Below, in pieces: positions 10,602 through 20,420 of a stretch of 64,000 bases of DNA (position 1 is the stretch's first letter; the number at the start of each line of letters is the position of its first letter). Source of the stretch: Actinomycetes bacterium (lineage in GTDB: Bacteria > Armatimonadota > SYMT01); contig JANPLG010000182.1 of NCBI GenBank assembly GCA_031426395.1, positions 6,984 through 70,983 on the forward strand. Direction: 5' to 3'. Position numbers and translations under genes: made by a program. Under the pieces are notes generated by a model. The model searched no databases. It was not told where the DNA came from and saw only the letters and a list, made by a program, of their open reading frames with translations.

Positions 10602-10763
10602 ACTCAAAGCCCCGAGCCGCAGCCGATCTTCCGCCACGAGGCTGCGAATCGTCCCGCCTGCCTACTGTGGTCACGCAGGGATCGAGCTGCGTGAGGTCAA
10701 ACCAGCCATTATCAATCCACTCCCATCGCCGTTGACCAATGGGGAGCGGACAGCGGGGGCCCC

Positions 10764-11609
10764 ATGCCAATCATCGATGCCCACAGCCATCTCTGGACGC
10801 CGGATACCCTGCGTTATCCTCTGGCTCCCAGCTTCGCGAAGGCTGATATGAAGCCGCCGAGCTGGACGGACGCCGAGCTGCTGGCGCACTGCCGACCAGC
10901 GGGCGTGGCGCGGGTGGTCCTGATCCAGATGAGCTTTTACGGGTGGGACAACAGCTACATGCTGGACCGGATGCGTGCCCATATGAAGGGGGGCAAGCCC
11001 GGGGTGTTCGGTGGCGTGGCGGTCATCGACTGGACGGCGGAGAAGCCGGATTTGGCAATGGCGGAGATGGCTCGCGGAGGAGTGCGGGGGTTCCGCGTGC
11101 GCCACACGGACCCGCCGGCCGAGCGCTGGCTGGAAACACCGGGCTTCGAGCGCATGTTCCGCTATGCCGCCGACCACGGCCTAACGATCTGCCCGCTGAT
11201 GGACCCGCGCGGCCTGCCTTCACTGACGCGCATGTGCGCCAAGCACCCGAAAACCACGGTGGTGATCGACCACTTCTGCCGGATTGGCCTGGACGGCGAG
11301 ATCCGGGAACGAGACGTGGACGCCCTCTGCGCGATGGCGCGGTTTCCACGGGTCCACGTCAAGATTTCCGCCTTCTAGGCTCTGGGCAAGAAGAAGCCGC
11401 CCCATGAGGACCTGGAGCCGATGATCCAGCGGCTCCACGGATCGTTCGGCGCGAAGCGGCTGATGTGGGGCAGCGACTGCCCCTTCGCCGTGGACAATGA
11501 GCATTACTGCGACAGCCTCTCCCTGGTGCGTGACGGCTGCCCCTGGCTGCCCGCCGAGGACCGGAAGGAGCTGCTCTACCGCACGGCGGAGCGCCTCTTC
11601 TTCAAGTGA
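10764..11609 (+). pseudogene. Amidohydrolase-2 (TIM-barrel metal-dependent hydrolase) gene interrupted by one in-frame TAG at 11376-11378
   Basis: ORFs 10764-11378 and 11421-11609 are in the same frame. Read through, the sequence gives KISAF*ALGKKKPP...MWGSDCPF, a contiguous amidohydrolase_2 C-terminus where a Tyr codon (TAC/TAT) would be expected. Confidence 0.6.
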
Positions 11610-12366
11610 GATCCGGGAGTGCGGCCAAATCGGGCAATGCGGCAAGATCCGCCATCATACTGAGCCGCAGGCCGCGCACATTCTGCTCCAACTGTTGCAG
11701 GCGGTAGAGCCGCGCCGACCGATCGTCTTCATCCCGTTGATCCGCAGGACAGGGAAAGTCGCGGGTCACACTTCGCAGCGGCAGCCCGAGCCGGATGCAG
11801 AGCCCCATGAGCCAGGGCCGCCAGCCCCAGCCAAGATCGAGGGGCGCGGCTTCGAGAAGGGCGCAGAGGTGGCGGTCGATGAGGAGCGGGCCGTAAAGCA
11901 GGTCGCACACCGTTCCGAGCCACGGTGCGGCGAGTTGGTTGAAGTGCCGCTCCGCGCTCCGCTGGCCCGCCGGGAAGGTAGAGAAGCTCTCCTCGTCCCT
12001 GGCGGCCATGACCATGCCGTGGTCCGCAACGGTTATCACGGGATCGCACACGAACGGCGCGATGCCGTGGATGAAGAAGTCGCCCTTGTCCGGCTCCGTG
12101 TAAAGAACCCAAGCGGAAGAGAGGCGAGCGGCCTCCCGAAGGGACGCCCGCACCTGTCCAACAAGGCCGATGTCGTCTGCGCGGCGTGGCGCAAGCGTTA
12201 GTCCGGGGAGTTGGGACAGCCGTTCGAGCCACTCCGGCGGAGAGCCGGCATCGGCGGCGATCACGGTCCAGCCCATCTCGGAGAGGACCGCCAGCGAATC
12301 GTGGAGCAGCTTCCCCTCATCGGGAGTGCGGGCCCAGGTGATGGTGGCGATAACTGGTTTCGGCAC
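11602..12366 (-). CDS. Hypothetical protein (possible nucleotide-diphospho-sugar transferase-like fold)
   Basis: 254-aa ORF with reasonable composition. No motif I can name confidently. Overlaps the end of the amidohydrolase locus by 8 nt. Confidence 0.45.
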   Translation of the reverse strand: MPKPVIATITWARTPDEGKLLHDSLAVLSEMGWTVIAADAGSPPEWLERLSQLPGLTLAPRRADDIGLVGQVRASLREAARLSSAWVLYTEPDKGDFFIHGIAPFVCDPVITVADHGMVMAARDEESFSTFPAGQRSAERHFNQLAAPWLGTVCDLLYGPLLIDRHLCALLEAAPLDLGWGWRPWLMGLCIRLGLPLRSVTRDFPCPADQRDEDDRSARLYRLQQLEQNVRGLRLSMMADLAALPDLAALPDLT

Positions 12367-12403
12367 GAGTTGGTGTGAAGTGAGTCGTGAGTGGTGACGG
12401 GCG

Positions 12404-13247
12404 TTACCGGGTCAATTGGTCGCTGGTGACCGTGGGGCACCAGTGGCGCTCGATGTGCTGGACCACCAGCTCTGTTCCGCGGTCGTGGCTCACCTGGGGG
12501 CGCATGCGCGGGTTGTACATCGTGTCGGTGAGGTCCCGCACCAGGACGCAGCGGATACCGGCGCGGGTCATCTGCTTGATGGCGAAGGTGCGGTGAAGCA
12601 CGCAGAAATTGGTGTGGACCCCCATGACCAGCAGGTTGCGGATGCCGCGCTGCTTGAGCAGGCTGTAGACCTCCGGCCCCTTGTCTGAGATGAAGTCCTC
12701 GTCCGCGACGCGCAGGGCGGGGTGCTGGCGGGTCCAGGCGCGGTGATTGCGGCACTGGGGCTCGTCGTCACAGCCGCCGTCGCTGTCGTCGATGGGCAGC
12801 GGCGGGTCGGGGAGGGTTGTGACGGGGACGTCGACTTTCGGTAGCCCGATCATCCGCTTTCGCTGGGGTGCGTCCTGGTAGAACGCCATGGTGTCCGATG
12901 GGGCGTGGATGATCGTCACCCCCTTGCGCCGCGCTGATTCCACCACCGGGTTCATGCGCTTCGCGATCTCGCCGCAGCGGCGGGCGGCGGAGGCGCACCA
13001 GTGGTTGTCCCACATATCGCAGATCAGGAGAGCGGTCTCGGAGGCGGGGAACCGCTGCTCCAGGGTGACCGGAACCCACTCCGGACTTCCCTTGAAGGGC
13101 TGGATCTCCGTCCGCATCTTCAGGTTGAGCATGGTCGAACGTCCGTCGGCAGCTTCCGAGACGGCGGCTGACTGGACCGCCAGCCCCACGAGGAGCGTCA
13201 ATCCCACAGCAAGCCCGCCACGTGCCAGCAGCTTTGCAGCCCGCATC
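12404..13247 (-). CDS. Secreted isochorismatase-family cysteine hydrolase; start set at MRAAKLL... (signal peptide) with a GGAGG RBS
   Basis: LICDMWDNHW...VMGVHTNFCVLHT is the isochorismatase-like catalytic Cys region. The N-terminal 69 codons of the full ORF look like spurious extension. Confidence 0.75.
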
Positions 13248-13456
13248 ACCCACCTCCTCGCCGTCTGGAGACCGCCGTTCAAAGAGCGGCAATCCCCCGT
13301 TCTAGGCGACGGGCTGAGCAACCTGCGGAAAGAGTTGGAGGTATTCGTCCGCATCCATCTCGGCGCCCTTACACTGGCAACACTCAAGATCGCACGGCTG
13401 GAGGGCCTGCTGCAGGGCTTCCTCGCGTGCCGCTTGAAGCGGCTTGTCGCCAAGGG

Positions 13457-13920
13457 TCACCAACGAATGGCACGCGCCGCACCGAGCGCGGTTGCCGCAT
13501 CTTGGAACCGTCCCCCCTGGACATGGAGGTCCGCCACCCCTTCCAGCCACTCGGCCAACCCGGAGTCAGAGCGGGGCTTGAGGAACATGGGAAGGCTTTC
13601 GCTCAGCCCTTCCACGGCATCGTCCAACCGCCCAAGGGATGCGAGCGCGCGTGACCGGACCAGGATGGAGAAGCCGAGGCCGGTCGGCTCATCCATCTCA
13701 CGGCGAATACGAAGCGAAGCTTCGGCGTGGTGAAGCGCTGCCTCGGGATTCCCCTGCGCTCACTCCTCTCCACCAATCTGGGCCGTGAAGCCGCTTTGAA
13801 GCAAGCACGTGGCGGTGCCCCAGCGGTCGCCAAGCTGTTGGAAGATGGCCGCAGCCTGGTCAATGTCGTCGACATGACCTGCGCTCTGCAGAAAGAACTG
13901 TACCTTCGTACTTGAACCCG
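13457..13920 (-). pseudogene. Decayed, frame-shifted fragment of a TPR-repeat regulator gene (resembles the C-terminus of the SARP-family regulator at 37646-40942)
   Basis: Two minus-strand frames give TPR-like peptides (…AGHVDDIDQAAAIFQQLGDRWGTATCLLQSG… and …AQGNPEAALHHAEASLRIRREMDEPTGLGFSILVRSRALASLGRLDDA…). There is no credible start and no complete ORF. Confidence 0.3.
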
Positions 13921-13944
13921 GCCAAAAGAACCACTGATCGCACG

Positions 13945-13976
13945 GTGGTTCGGTAGTTCGGTAGTTCGGTAGTTCC
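13945..13976. repeat. Tandem octamer (GGTWGTTC) x4
   Basis: Direct read: ggtggttcggtagttcggtagttcggtagttc. Confidence 0.7.
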
Positions 13977-14117
13977 CTTGCCCTTCAATGTCAGTCACGC
14001 TAACCCGTCGAAGTCTGTTGCTTTCTAACATTGCTCGGCATGCGCTCCACTTCGCCCCATAAGCGCTACAGCCAGCTACATGCTCTCATCGTAGACCTAT
14101 CAGGTAGGGGCAGAGGG

Positions 14118-15620
14118 TCACTTTGGCTCGCTTCTCAACGCCGTCTCCCCCTTCGCGCTGACCGTTGCCTCCGCAGTACGGGCGCTTGAGCCCGCCAGGG
14201 TGACCCGGTACCGGCCGGGCCGCAGCGAGGTGTACCGCGCCACACCCTCGGCATCCGTCTCAAGATGGGTCCACCGGATGCCGCTCCAGCGCCCCGCCTC
14301 CTGAAGCTGCAATCCAATGCGCACCCGCGATCTGGCAGGAAGCCCGCGAATGACCAACGTCCCGCCGCCGGTTGCCTGGAACGAACGGGTCGGCTCCTGG
14401 CCTTCCGGGATCACTCCCGGCGGGAGATCACCGTCCACGCTCCGTGTCCAGAGCTCTTCGGGAGGCAGGTCAAGGTCACCCATCTCAAATACATGCCGAT
14501 CCGTGCTGGGCCGCACCTCGGCGTACCGATAGATGAGGGACTGGATTCGCTCCGTGACACCGCTGTAGATCGCCAGGTTGGAAAGGCGTCCGGGGATGGG
14601 ATTCCGATTGCCGCGTCGGACGTTCCAGGGCCAGTAGAACCGGCCGGAGGCGCCCTGCAGGATCGGAGCAACCCAGGGAGTCCGCTCCACGCTCTCCACA
14701 GAGAGGTGGTCGCCGCAGCGGATGTTGGTGTGGACCATCCACGCTTCTTCGTCGGCCCGCAGCGCCTCCCGCTCCTCCGGCGGGACCCGGCCCGCCACGG
14801 CGATCTCCACTGTGACATCGCCGGCGGTCTTCTCGGAGTTCGCCTGGGTCAATGGCAGGACGAATTCCGCTCGCTGGATCTTGACCTCTTCCTTGGGGAA
14901 CACCACGGTGACCTTCCGGAGCCTGCGGGACTCCTTCCCAAGCCACCCCAATTCGGCGACGGCGTTGTACTCCTGCCTCCGCACCCGTGTTCGGAAGGAG
15001 GACCGCACATCAAGGGGGGCCGCGTAATCCCAGCCGGCCGTGTCCACCGCACGCACCATGCACTCCCGGGAGATCTCTTCGGGACGCTCGAAATCGACCT
15101 GAAGGAAGAGGGTGCCGCTGTGCCCCAGCACTTGTTCCGGCAATCCCTTCCGGCTGCGGAGGTGCTTTGTCACGGCCAACCGGAACTTGCTGATGACGAT
15201 TTCCCGCCCTGCCAGTATCTCCGGGTCCGGTTTTGCCGGCTCGATGGGGAACTGCCGCGAGGGGTAGAAGGGGTATCCTCCGTGGCTGCTGTCGCCACGC
15301 CGGATGCTGTAGGCCTTCTCCAGATCCGCGAGGACCATGGAGAGCTGCGCGCCGGACCAGGAAAGGTCGACGCGGGGCCCCGTATCCGACCCCTCGTAGC
15401 GAATCTGCATCGGGATGCCGGTCTCACGGGAGAGCGCCAGCAGCGCCTCTCGAACGGTGGCCTTCTCCAGCCGCAGGGTGACCCTGGGCGGGGCGGCGCT
15501 GCCCGCCGTTGCGGATGCCAGCAGCCCCAGCAGCACGAGCGACGCCACTGCGCACCACCGCCGGAGCAGGTAGGGAGCTTGCAATCGGAGTTTCACCTGG
15601 CGGAGCGGCATCAGGCGCAT
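14118..15620 (-). CDS. Hypothetical secreted protein (signal peptide; C-terminal beta-sandwich, carboxypeptidase-regulatory-like)
   Basis: 500-aa ORF with a hydrophobic N-terminal leader. The C-terminal ...LRPGRYRVTLAGS... resembles CarboxypepD_reg-type domains. No catalytic motifs recognised. Confidence 0.5.
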   Translation of the reverse strand: MRLMPLRQVKLRLQAPYLLRRWCAVASLVLLGLLASATAGSAAPPRVTLRLEKATVREALLALSRETGIPMQIRYEGSDTGPRVDLSWSGAQLSMVLADLEKAYSIRRGDSSHGGYPFYPSRQFPIEPAKPDPEILAGREIVISKFRLAVTKHLRSRKGLPEQVLGHSGTLFLQVDFERPEEISRECMVRAVDTAGWDYAAPLDVRSSFRTRVRRQEYNAVAELGWLGKESRRLRKVTVVFPKEEVKIQRAEFVLPLTQANSEKTAGDVTVEIAVAGRVPPEEREALRADEEAWMVHTNIRCGDHLSVESVERTPWVAPILQGASGRFYWPWNVRRGNRNPIPGRLSNLAIYSGVTERIQSLIYRYAEVRPSTDRHVFEMGDLDLPPEELWTRSVDGDLPPGVIPEGQEPTRSFQATGGGTLVIRGLPARSRVRIGLQLQEAGRWSGIRWTHLETDAEGVARYTSLRPGRYRVTLAGSSARTAEATVSAKGETALRSEPK

Positions 15621-16120
15621 CAGGCCTCCTCATCGCCGCGCATCGTGATCGGTCCGCAATTGGGCGGCAGCCAATCTATGAAGCGCTGAGCGATAGGAGG
15701 TCACAATCCACGGCCCGGTTTCTTGTCTCTTGGTTTCCACCTGGGCCAGTACGAACCCCTGATCACGCCCCCAGAACCCCGACAGGCTCGCTGGTATCCA
15801 TCCAGCCCACAGACCCCTCTGTTGCGATCGTTGCATTCTGAATTCTGCATCCTGAATTCCTAGCCCTGATCACGGATAGCACCCTGGCGGCCCGCAGTTT
15901 CCGGCGATACCGGGCGAGGGTAGACCTCGCCGGGCGGCAGGCGTAGCCCTGGGCGCGGATGGACCGTCGGATGTTCCACGGAACCTGGTGGATGGATCGG
16001 TGGCCTTACACGTATCTAAGACTAGGCAACCGTAGCACGCGCGTAGGGGGTTCCCCTGGCAACTCGCGAGGCGCGCGGAGCCAGGCAAGTCGCTTCCCTC
16101 TTTCCTGATCGAGGTCACTC

Positions 16121-17272
16121 GTGGCTACGGCATCCGTTTCACAGGCAGACTGGTCCCTCCACCGCAAGGGGTTCATCGACCAGGAACGGCACAAGGAGAA
16201 GATCAAGGAGGCCATCAAGAACAACCTCCACGAGATCGTCTCCCGGGAAGACATCATCCTGTCCGACGGCCGTAGGGTGGTGAAGGTCCCCATCCGCAAC
16301 CTGGAGCAATACAAGTTCCGATTCGATGACAACAAGGGGGAGCGCGTCGGCCAGGGGCAGGGCGGCACGAAGGTCGGCGATGTGATCGGCCGCGATCCCT
16401 CTCCGGGCCAGGGGAAGGGCAAGGGCGAGGCGGGCGACCAAGCCGGAGTCGACTACTTCGAGGCGGAGGTGAACGTCGACGAACTGGCGGCGCTCATCTT
16501 CGAGGACCTCGGCCTGCCGAACCTGGAGGAGAAGCGGAGCCAGCAGTTGGAAGCGGAGGCGGTCCAGTTCACGGACATCCGGCGGACCGGCATCCTCTCC
16601 AACCTCGATAAGCGGCGCACCATCCGGGAGAACATCAAGCGGAACGCTATGAAGGGCAGCGCCCGCTTCGGCGACGTGCGCAACGAGGACCTCCGATTCA
16701 AGACCTGGGAGCCGACCATCCGGCACGAGTCGAACGCGGTCATCATCGCCATGATGGACGTCTCCGGCTCCATGGGGGAGTTCGAGAAGTACATCGCCCG
16801 CAGCTTCTACTTCTGGATGGTGCGCTTTCTCCGGACCAAGTACCAGAACGTGGAGATCGTCTTCATCTCCCACCACACGGAAGCGAAGATCGTCACCGAG
16901 GAAGAGTTCTTCACCAAGGGAGAGAGCGGCGGCACCCGGGTCAGCAGCGCCTACGCCCTCGCGATGGACGCCATCCAGAACCGCTACCCCGCCAGCGACT
17001 GGAACATCTACCCCTTCCACTTCAGCGACGGCGACAACATGTTCAGCGACAACCGCGTCTGCGTGGACCTGGTCAACCGCCTCCTCACCGTCTGCAACCT
17101 CTTCGGCTACGGGCAGATCAAGCAGGGCTGGTATCCCGCCGGCACCCTGATGAGCGTCTACAGCCAGGAGATCGACAACGACAAGTTCGTGGCGGTCACC
17201 ATTGAGGACAAGGAAGACGTCTATCCCGCGCTGCGCAAGTTCTTCGCTGTGAGGGATCCCATCCCCGCGTAG
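16121..17272 (+). CDS. yeaH: YeaH/YhbH-family protein (DUF444, vWA-like; partner of PrkA and SpoVR), GTG start
   Basis: 383 aa, characteristic N-terminus (…KGFIDQERHKEKIKEAI…), Gly-rich central segment and vWA-like MIDAS region (MMDVSGSM). Confidence 0.85.
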   Translation: MATASVSQADWSLHRKGFIDQERHKEKIKEAIKNNLHEIVSREDIILSDGRRVVKVPIRNLEQYKFRFDDNKGERVGQGQGGTKVGDVIGRDPSPGQGKGKGEAGDQAGVDYFEAEVNVDELAALIFEDLGLPNLEEKRSQQLEAEAVQFTDIRRTGILSNLDKRRTIRENIKRNAMKGSARFGDVRNEDLRFKTWEPTIRHESNAVIIAMMDVSGSMGEFEKYIARSFYFWMVRFLRTKYQNVEIVFISHHTEAKIVTEEEFFTKGESGGTRVSSAYALAMDAIQNRYPASDWNIYPFHFSDGDNMFSDNRVCVDLVNRLLTVCNLFGYGQIKQGWYPAGTLMSVYSQEIDNDKFVAVTIEDKEDVYPALRKFFAVRDPIPA

Positions 17273-17283
17273 CCGCCGGGGTC

Positions 17284-17324
17284 CAATTTGCAATTCTCAA
17301 TTGACAATTGCAAATTGACAATTC
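17284..17324. promoter_or_regulatory. AT-rich element with CAATTG/TTGCAA palindromes and two TTGACA hexamers in the yeaH-spoVR spacer
   Basis: Direct read: caatttgcaattctcaattgacaattgcaaattgacaatt. It shares the 12-mer AATTGCAAATTG with the element upstream of asnS (26221-26266). Confidence 0.4.
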
Positions 17325-17371
17325 GGAGTCGGGCTTACTTTCCCCAGATCATCCACCCACCACTCACCAAG

Positions 17372-20041
17372 ATGAACACCGAACTGGATCAGCTCACCCA
17401 GGCCATTGAGGAGATCTGGGAAGCGGGCACGGCCACCACCGGCCTCGACCCCTTCCCGATCCACTTTGAGATTGTGCCGGCCAGCGTGATGTATGAGGTC
17501 GGCGCGTACGGGGTGCCGGGGCGCTTCTCCCACTGGACCCATGGGAAGGCGTTCCACCAGATGAAGACCATGTATGACTATGGTCTTTCCAAGATCTATG
17601 AGCTGATCATCAACACCAACCCGGCGCAGGCGTTCCTGATGGAGGGGAACAGCCTGATCCAGAACAAGCTGGTGATCGCGCACGTCATCGGGCATTCGGA
17701 CTTCTTCAAGAAGAACGTCTATTTCTCCCACACGGACCGCCAGATGGCGGAGACCGCAGGCGTCACCGCAGAGCGCATCCGCGCCTACGAGCGGGAGCAC
17801 GGCGAGCGCGAGGTGGAGCAGTTCCTGGACGCCGTCCTCGCCATCCAGGAGCATATCGATCCGAACCTGCGGGTGGTCCGTGGTCCCCATAACCCGGCGG
17901 CTCCGGTGCCTGCCCGGGCGGGTGACTACGACGACCTGCTGGGCGCAAAGCCAGAAGTGAAGAAGCCACTTGACCAGGATGGTCGGACGCTCATGGCACC
18001 GGAGAAGGACCTTCTCCACTTCCTGATGCACCACTCGCCCATCTTGAACCGCAACGAAGACAAGTGGAAGACGGACATCCTCAGCATCGTCCGAAACGAG
18101 ATGCTCTACTTCCTGCCGCAGATGCAGACGAAGACGATGAACGAGGGCTGGGCCTGCGCGACCGGCGAGAGTCTGTTGGCCACGGAGAATGGTTTACTTC
18201 GCTTCAGCGATCTTTACGAGCAACGGCGCAAGATCAAGGTGGGGGGAGGCGGCGCTGGTGCGGTGCACCAGATTACGGACTTCCACCACGAGAGCCAGGT
18301 ACCCACGCTGCGAATCACCACCCGCCGCGGATACACCATCGAAGGGGCGTTGCGGCACCGCGTGCGAATGGCGGACGGCTCCTGGAGTTTCCTCGAGGCA
18401 TGTCAGCAGGGCGACGCCATCGCGCTTGCGATGGGTACCGAGGTTTGGGCTCAGGAACCTGTTCCCCTAACCTGTGAAGCGGCACCCAAAGATGTGACCC
18501 TGCACGACGTTGCGGAGGCGGCAGGAACGTCGCTTTGGACCGTCCTTCGCTTCCGGGATGGCATGAAGACGCGCAAGGACGTTGAGATCGCTCAGGCGCT
18601 CACCACCTTAGGCTATGTGGATGGCCGCGAGGGAAAGGTCATCCCCAGTAGGCGCGAGCTTACCCCACCTGCTCATTTGAATGAGGCGATGGCCCATGTT
18701 CTTGGTAGCTTTGTTGGCGACGGAAACGTCACCAAGTCGGGAATTTGCATTACCTGTGGCGACGAGGATTATGCGCGGTCACTGGCCGACCTTGCAGGCA
18801 ACGTCTTCGGGATTCCGGTCACTCTTCGCGATGATGCCACCACCACCGGTCCTCGCTTCAGGATCGAACTCCACTCAAGAGATCTGCTGCGTCTGCTTGA
18901 GAACCTCGGGATCGACCTGAAGGCTAAGGCACCGGGGAAGTCCGTGCCCTGGTGCGTCCTGCAGTCGCCGCGCCCGGTGGTGGTGGCATTCCTCGCTGGA
19001 TACTTCGATGCGGATGTCTATGCGGGAGAGCACGGGATCATCCTGAGTTCCGCGAGTTCGGAGTTGGTGCGCACAGTACAGATCCTGCTCCTGAACTTCG
19101 GCATTCTCTCCACGCAGCGCCGAAAGCCGGATGGCTGCACGCACCTCGAGATCAAAGGAAGGTCTGCAGAGCGGTTCGTGAGCGAAGTCGGATTCCGCAT
19201 GGAGCGAAAGCAACGAGCGGCGGAGACCTATGTTCGGGAACGACGCTGGTTCAAGCGAGAGGATCCCATTGATGAGATTGTGAAGATCGAGGTCGGGACA
19301 GCGGACGTCTTCGACATCACCGTGGATGAGGTCCATGCCTACGTTGCGAATGGCCTTGTACACCACAACAGCTACTGGCACAGCCGCATCCTCCGGGAGA
19401 TGGACATCACCCCGGAGGAGCACATCGAGTTCACGCGGCTCCACTCCAGCGTGCTCTCCCCCTCGCCGCGAGGGACCTCCATCAACCCCTACTACGTCGG
19501 GTTCAAGATCTTCGAGGACATCGAGCGACGCTGGAACGGCGACCTCACCCCGGACGAGCGTCGCGAGTACCGGGAGCAGAACCACGGCCGCGAGTGGCCC
19601 CACCAGGGCCGTGGCCGCGCCAAGATGTTCGAAGTTCGAGAGTTGGAGAACGACGTCTCCTTCCTGCGGAACTACCTCACCAAGGGGCTGGTGGATGAGC
19701 TGGACATGTACATCTACCGGAAGGAAGGCGATGAGTGGGTGGTGGTGGAGAAGGACTGGCGGCGCATCCGCGACATGATCGTGGAGAGCATGACCAACTT
19801 CGGCTACCCGTACCTCACGGTGGAGGATGGTGATTACCACCGCGCCCAGGAGCTATACCTCAAGCACAACTTCGATGGGCGCGAGCTGGATCAGCACTAC
19901 GCCTTCCGCACCATGCGCTACATCCACCGCCTCTGGGGCCGCCCCATCCACCTGGAGTCGCTGGTGGACGGCCAACCCACCGTCTGGACCTTCGACGGCG
20001 AGAGGGAGCTGGTGGACGGCATCGCACCGGGGGCGGACTGA
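17372..20041 (+). CDS. spoVR: SpoVR-family protein containing an in-frame intein (extein 17372-18154 + 19370-20041)
   Basis: SpoVR-like N- and C-terminal regions (…HWTHGKAFHQMKTMYDYGLSKIYEL…, …SYWHSRILREM…). Start set at MNTELDQ, because the upstream 28 codons cover the AT-rich repeat. Confidence 0.85.
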   Translation: MNTELDQLTQAIEEIWEAGTATTGLDPFPIHFEIVPASVMYEVGAYGVPGRFSHWTHGKAFHQMKTMYDYGLSKIYELIINTNPAQAFLMEGNSLIQNKLVIAHVIGHSDFFKKNVYFSHTDRQMAETAGVTAERIRAYEREHGEREVEQFLDAVLAIQEHIDPNLRVVRGPHNPAAPVPARAGDYDDLLGAKPEVKKPLDQDGRTLMAPEKDLLHFLMHHSPILNRNEDKWKTDILSIVRNEMLYFLPQMQTKTMNEGWACATGESLLATENGLLRFSDLYEQRRKIKVGGGGAGAVHQITDFHHESQVPTLRITTRRGYTIEGALRHRVRMADGSWSFLEACQQGDAIALAMGTEVWAQEPVPLTCEAAPKDVTLHDVAEAAGTSLWTVLRFRDGMKTRKDVEIAQALTTLGYVDGREGKVIPSRRELTPPAHLNEAMAHVLGSFVGDGNVTKSGICITCGDEDYARSLADLAGNVFGIPVTLRDDATTTGPRFRIELHSRDLLRLLENLGIDLKAKAPGKSVPWCVLQSPRPVVVAFLAGYFDADVYAGEHGIILSSASSELVRTVQILLLNFGILSTQRRKPDGCTHLEIKGRSAERFVSEVGFRMERKQRAAETYVRERRWFKREDPIDEIVKIEVGTADVFDITVDEVHAYVANGLVHHNSYWHSRILREMDITPEEHIEFTRLHSSVLSPSPRGTSINPYYVGFKIFEDIERRWNGDLTPDERREYREQNHGREWPHQGRGRAKMFEVRELENDVSFLRNYLTKGLVDELDMYIYRKEGDEWVVVEKDWRRIRDMIVESMTNFGYPYLTVEDGDYHRAQELYLKHNFDGRELDQHYAFRTMRYIHRLWGRPIHLESLVDGQPTVWTFDGERELVDGIAPGAD
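18155..19369 (+). mobile_element. Intein (405 aa) with a LAGLIDADG homing-endonuclease domain, inserted in SpoVR between NEGWA and SYWH
   Basis: Block A CATGESLL, with Cys1 following extein ...MNEGWA. LAGLIDADG motifs LGSFVGDGNV and LAGYFDADVYAG. Block F VFDITVDEVHAYVANG. Block G ends LVHHN followed by +1 Ser. Confidence 0.85.
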
Positions 20042-20252
20042 CCGCCGTCCGTGAGCGAAGATCTCATGCGTCTACGAGCCGCCATCGGAGATGGCTTCGC
20101 CGCCCCAAGGGCGACGGTCCTGCGGTTGGACGAGCCAGAGAATCGCATTCGAAAGAATTGCGGCTTTTCTCGGGTTTGACCAGGCGCCGACGGGGTTATC
20201 ATGGAGTCAGAAGGATTAAGCGTGTTACTCCTTCTTGATCAGCCAGTGCTTG

Positions 20253-20283
20253 GCCGCCCGCAAGGGCGGCTTTTTTCTTTTTC
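20253..20283 (+). terminator. Rho-independent terminator downstream of spoVR
   Basis: GCCGCCCG-CAA-GGGCGGC hairpin followed by TTTTTTCTTTTTC. Confidence 0.7.
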
Positions 20284-20420
20284 TGCCGGGGAGACGCTCC
20301 CCTCTGACAGCTAGACGGACCACGGCAGCGCAAGGTTCCAAGGCGCAGAACCCGTCGCAGAGTCGGCGCTGGTGCGTCCCGTGACGCAGCGGCACCCGCA
20401 ATTCGCAATCCGTAATCGCC

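Noticed and set aside
20199-20408. 69-aa minus-strand ORF containing the spoVR terminator hairpin
   Set aside because: It is made largely of the terminator stem and T-tract sequence and has no RBS. It is treated as noncoding.
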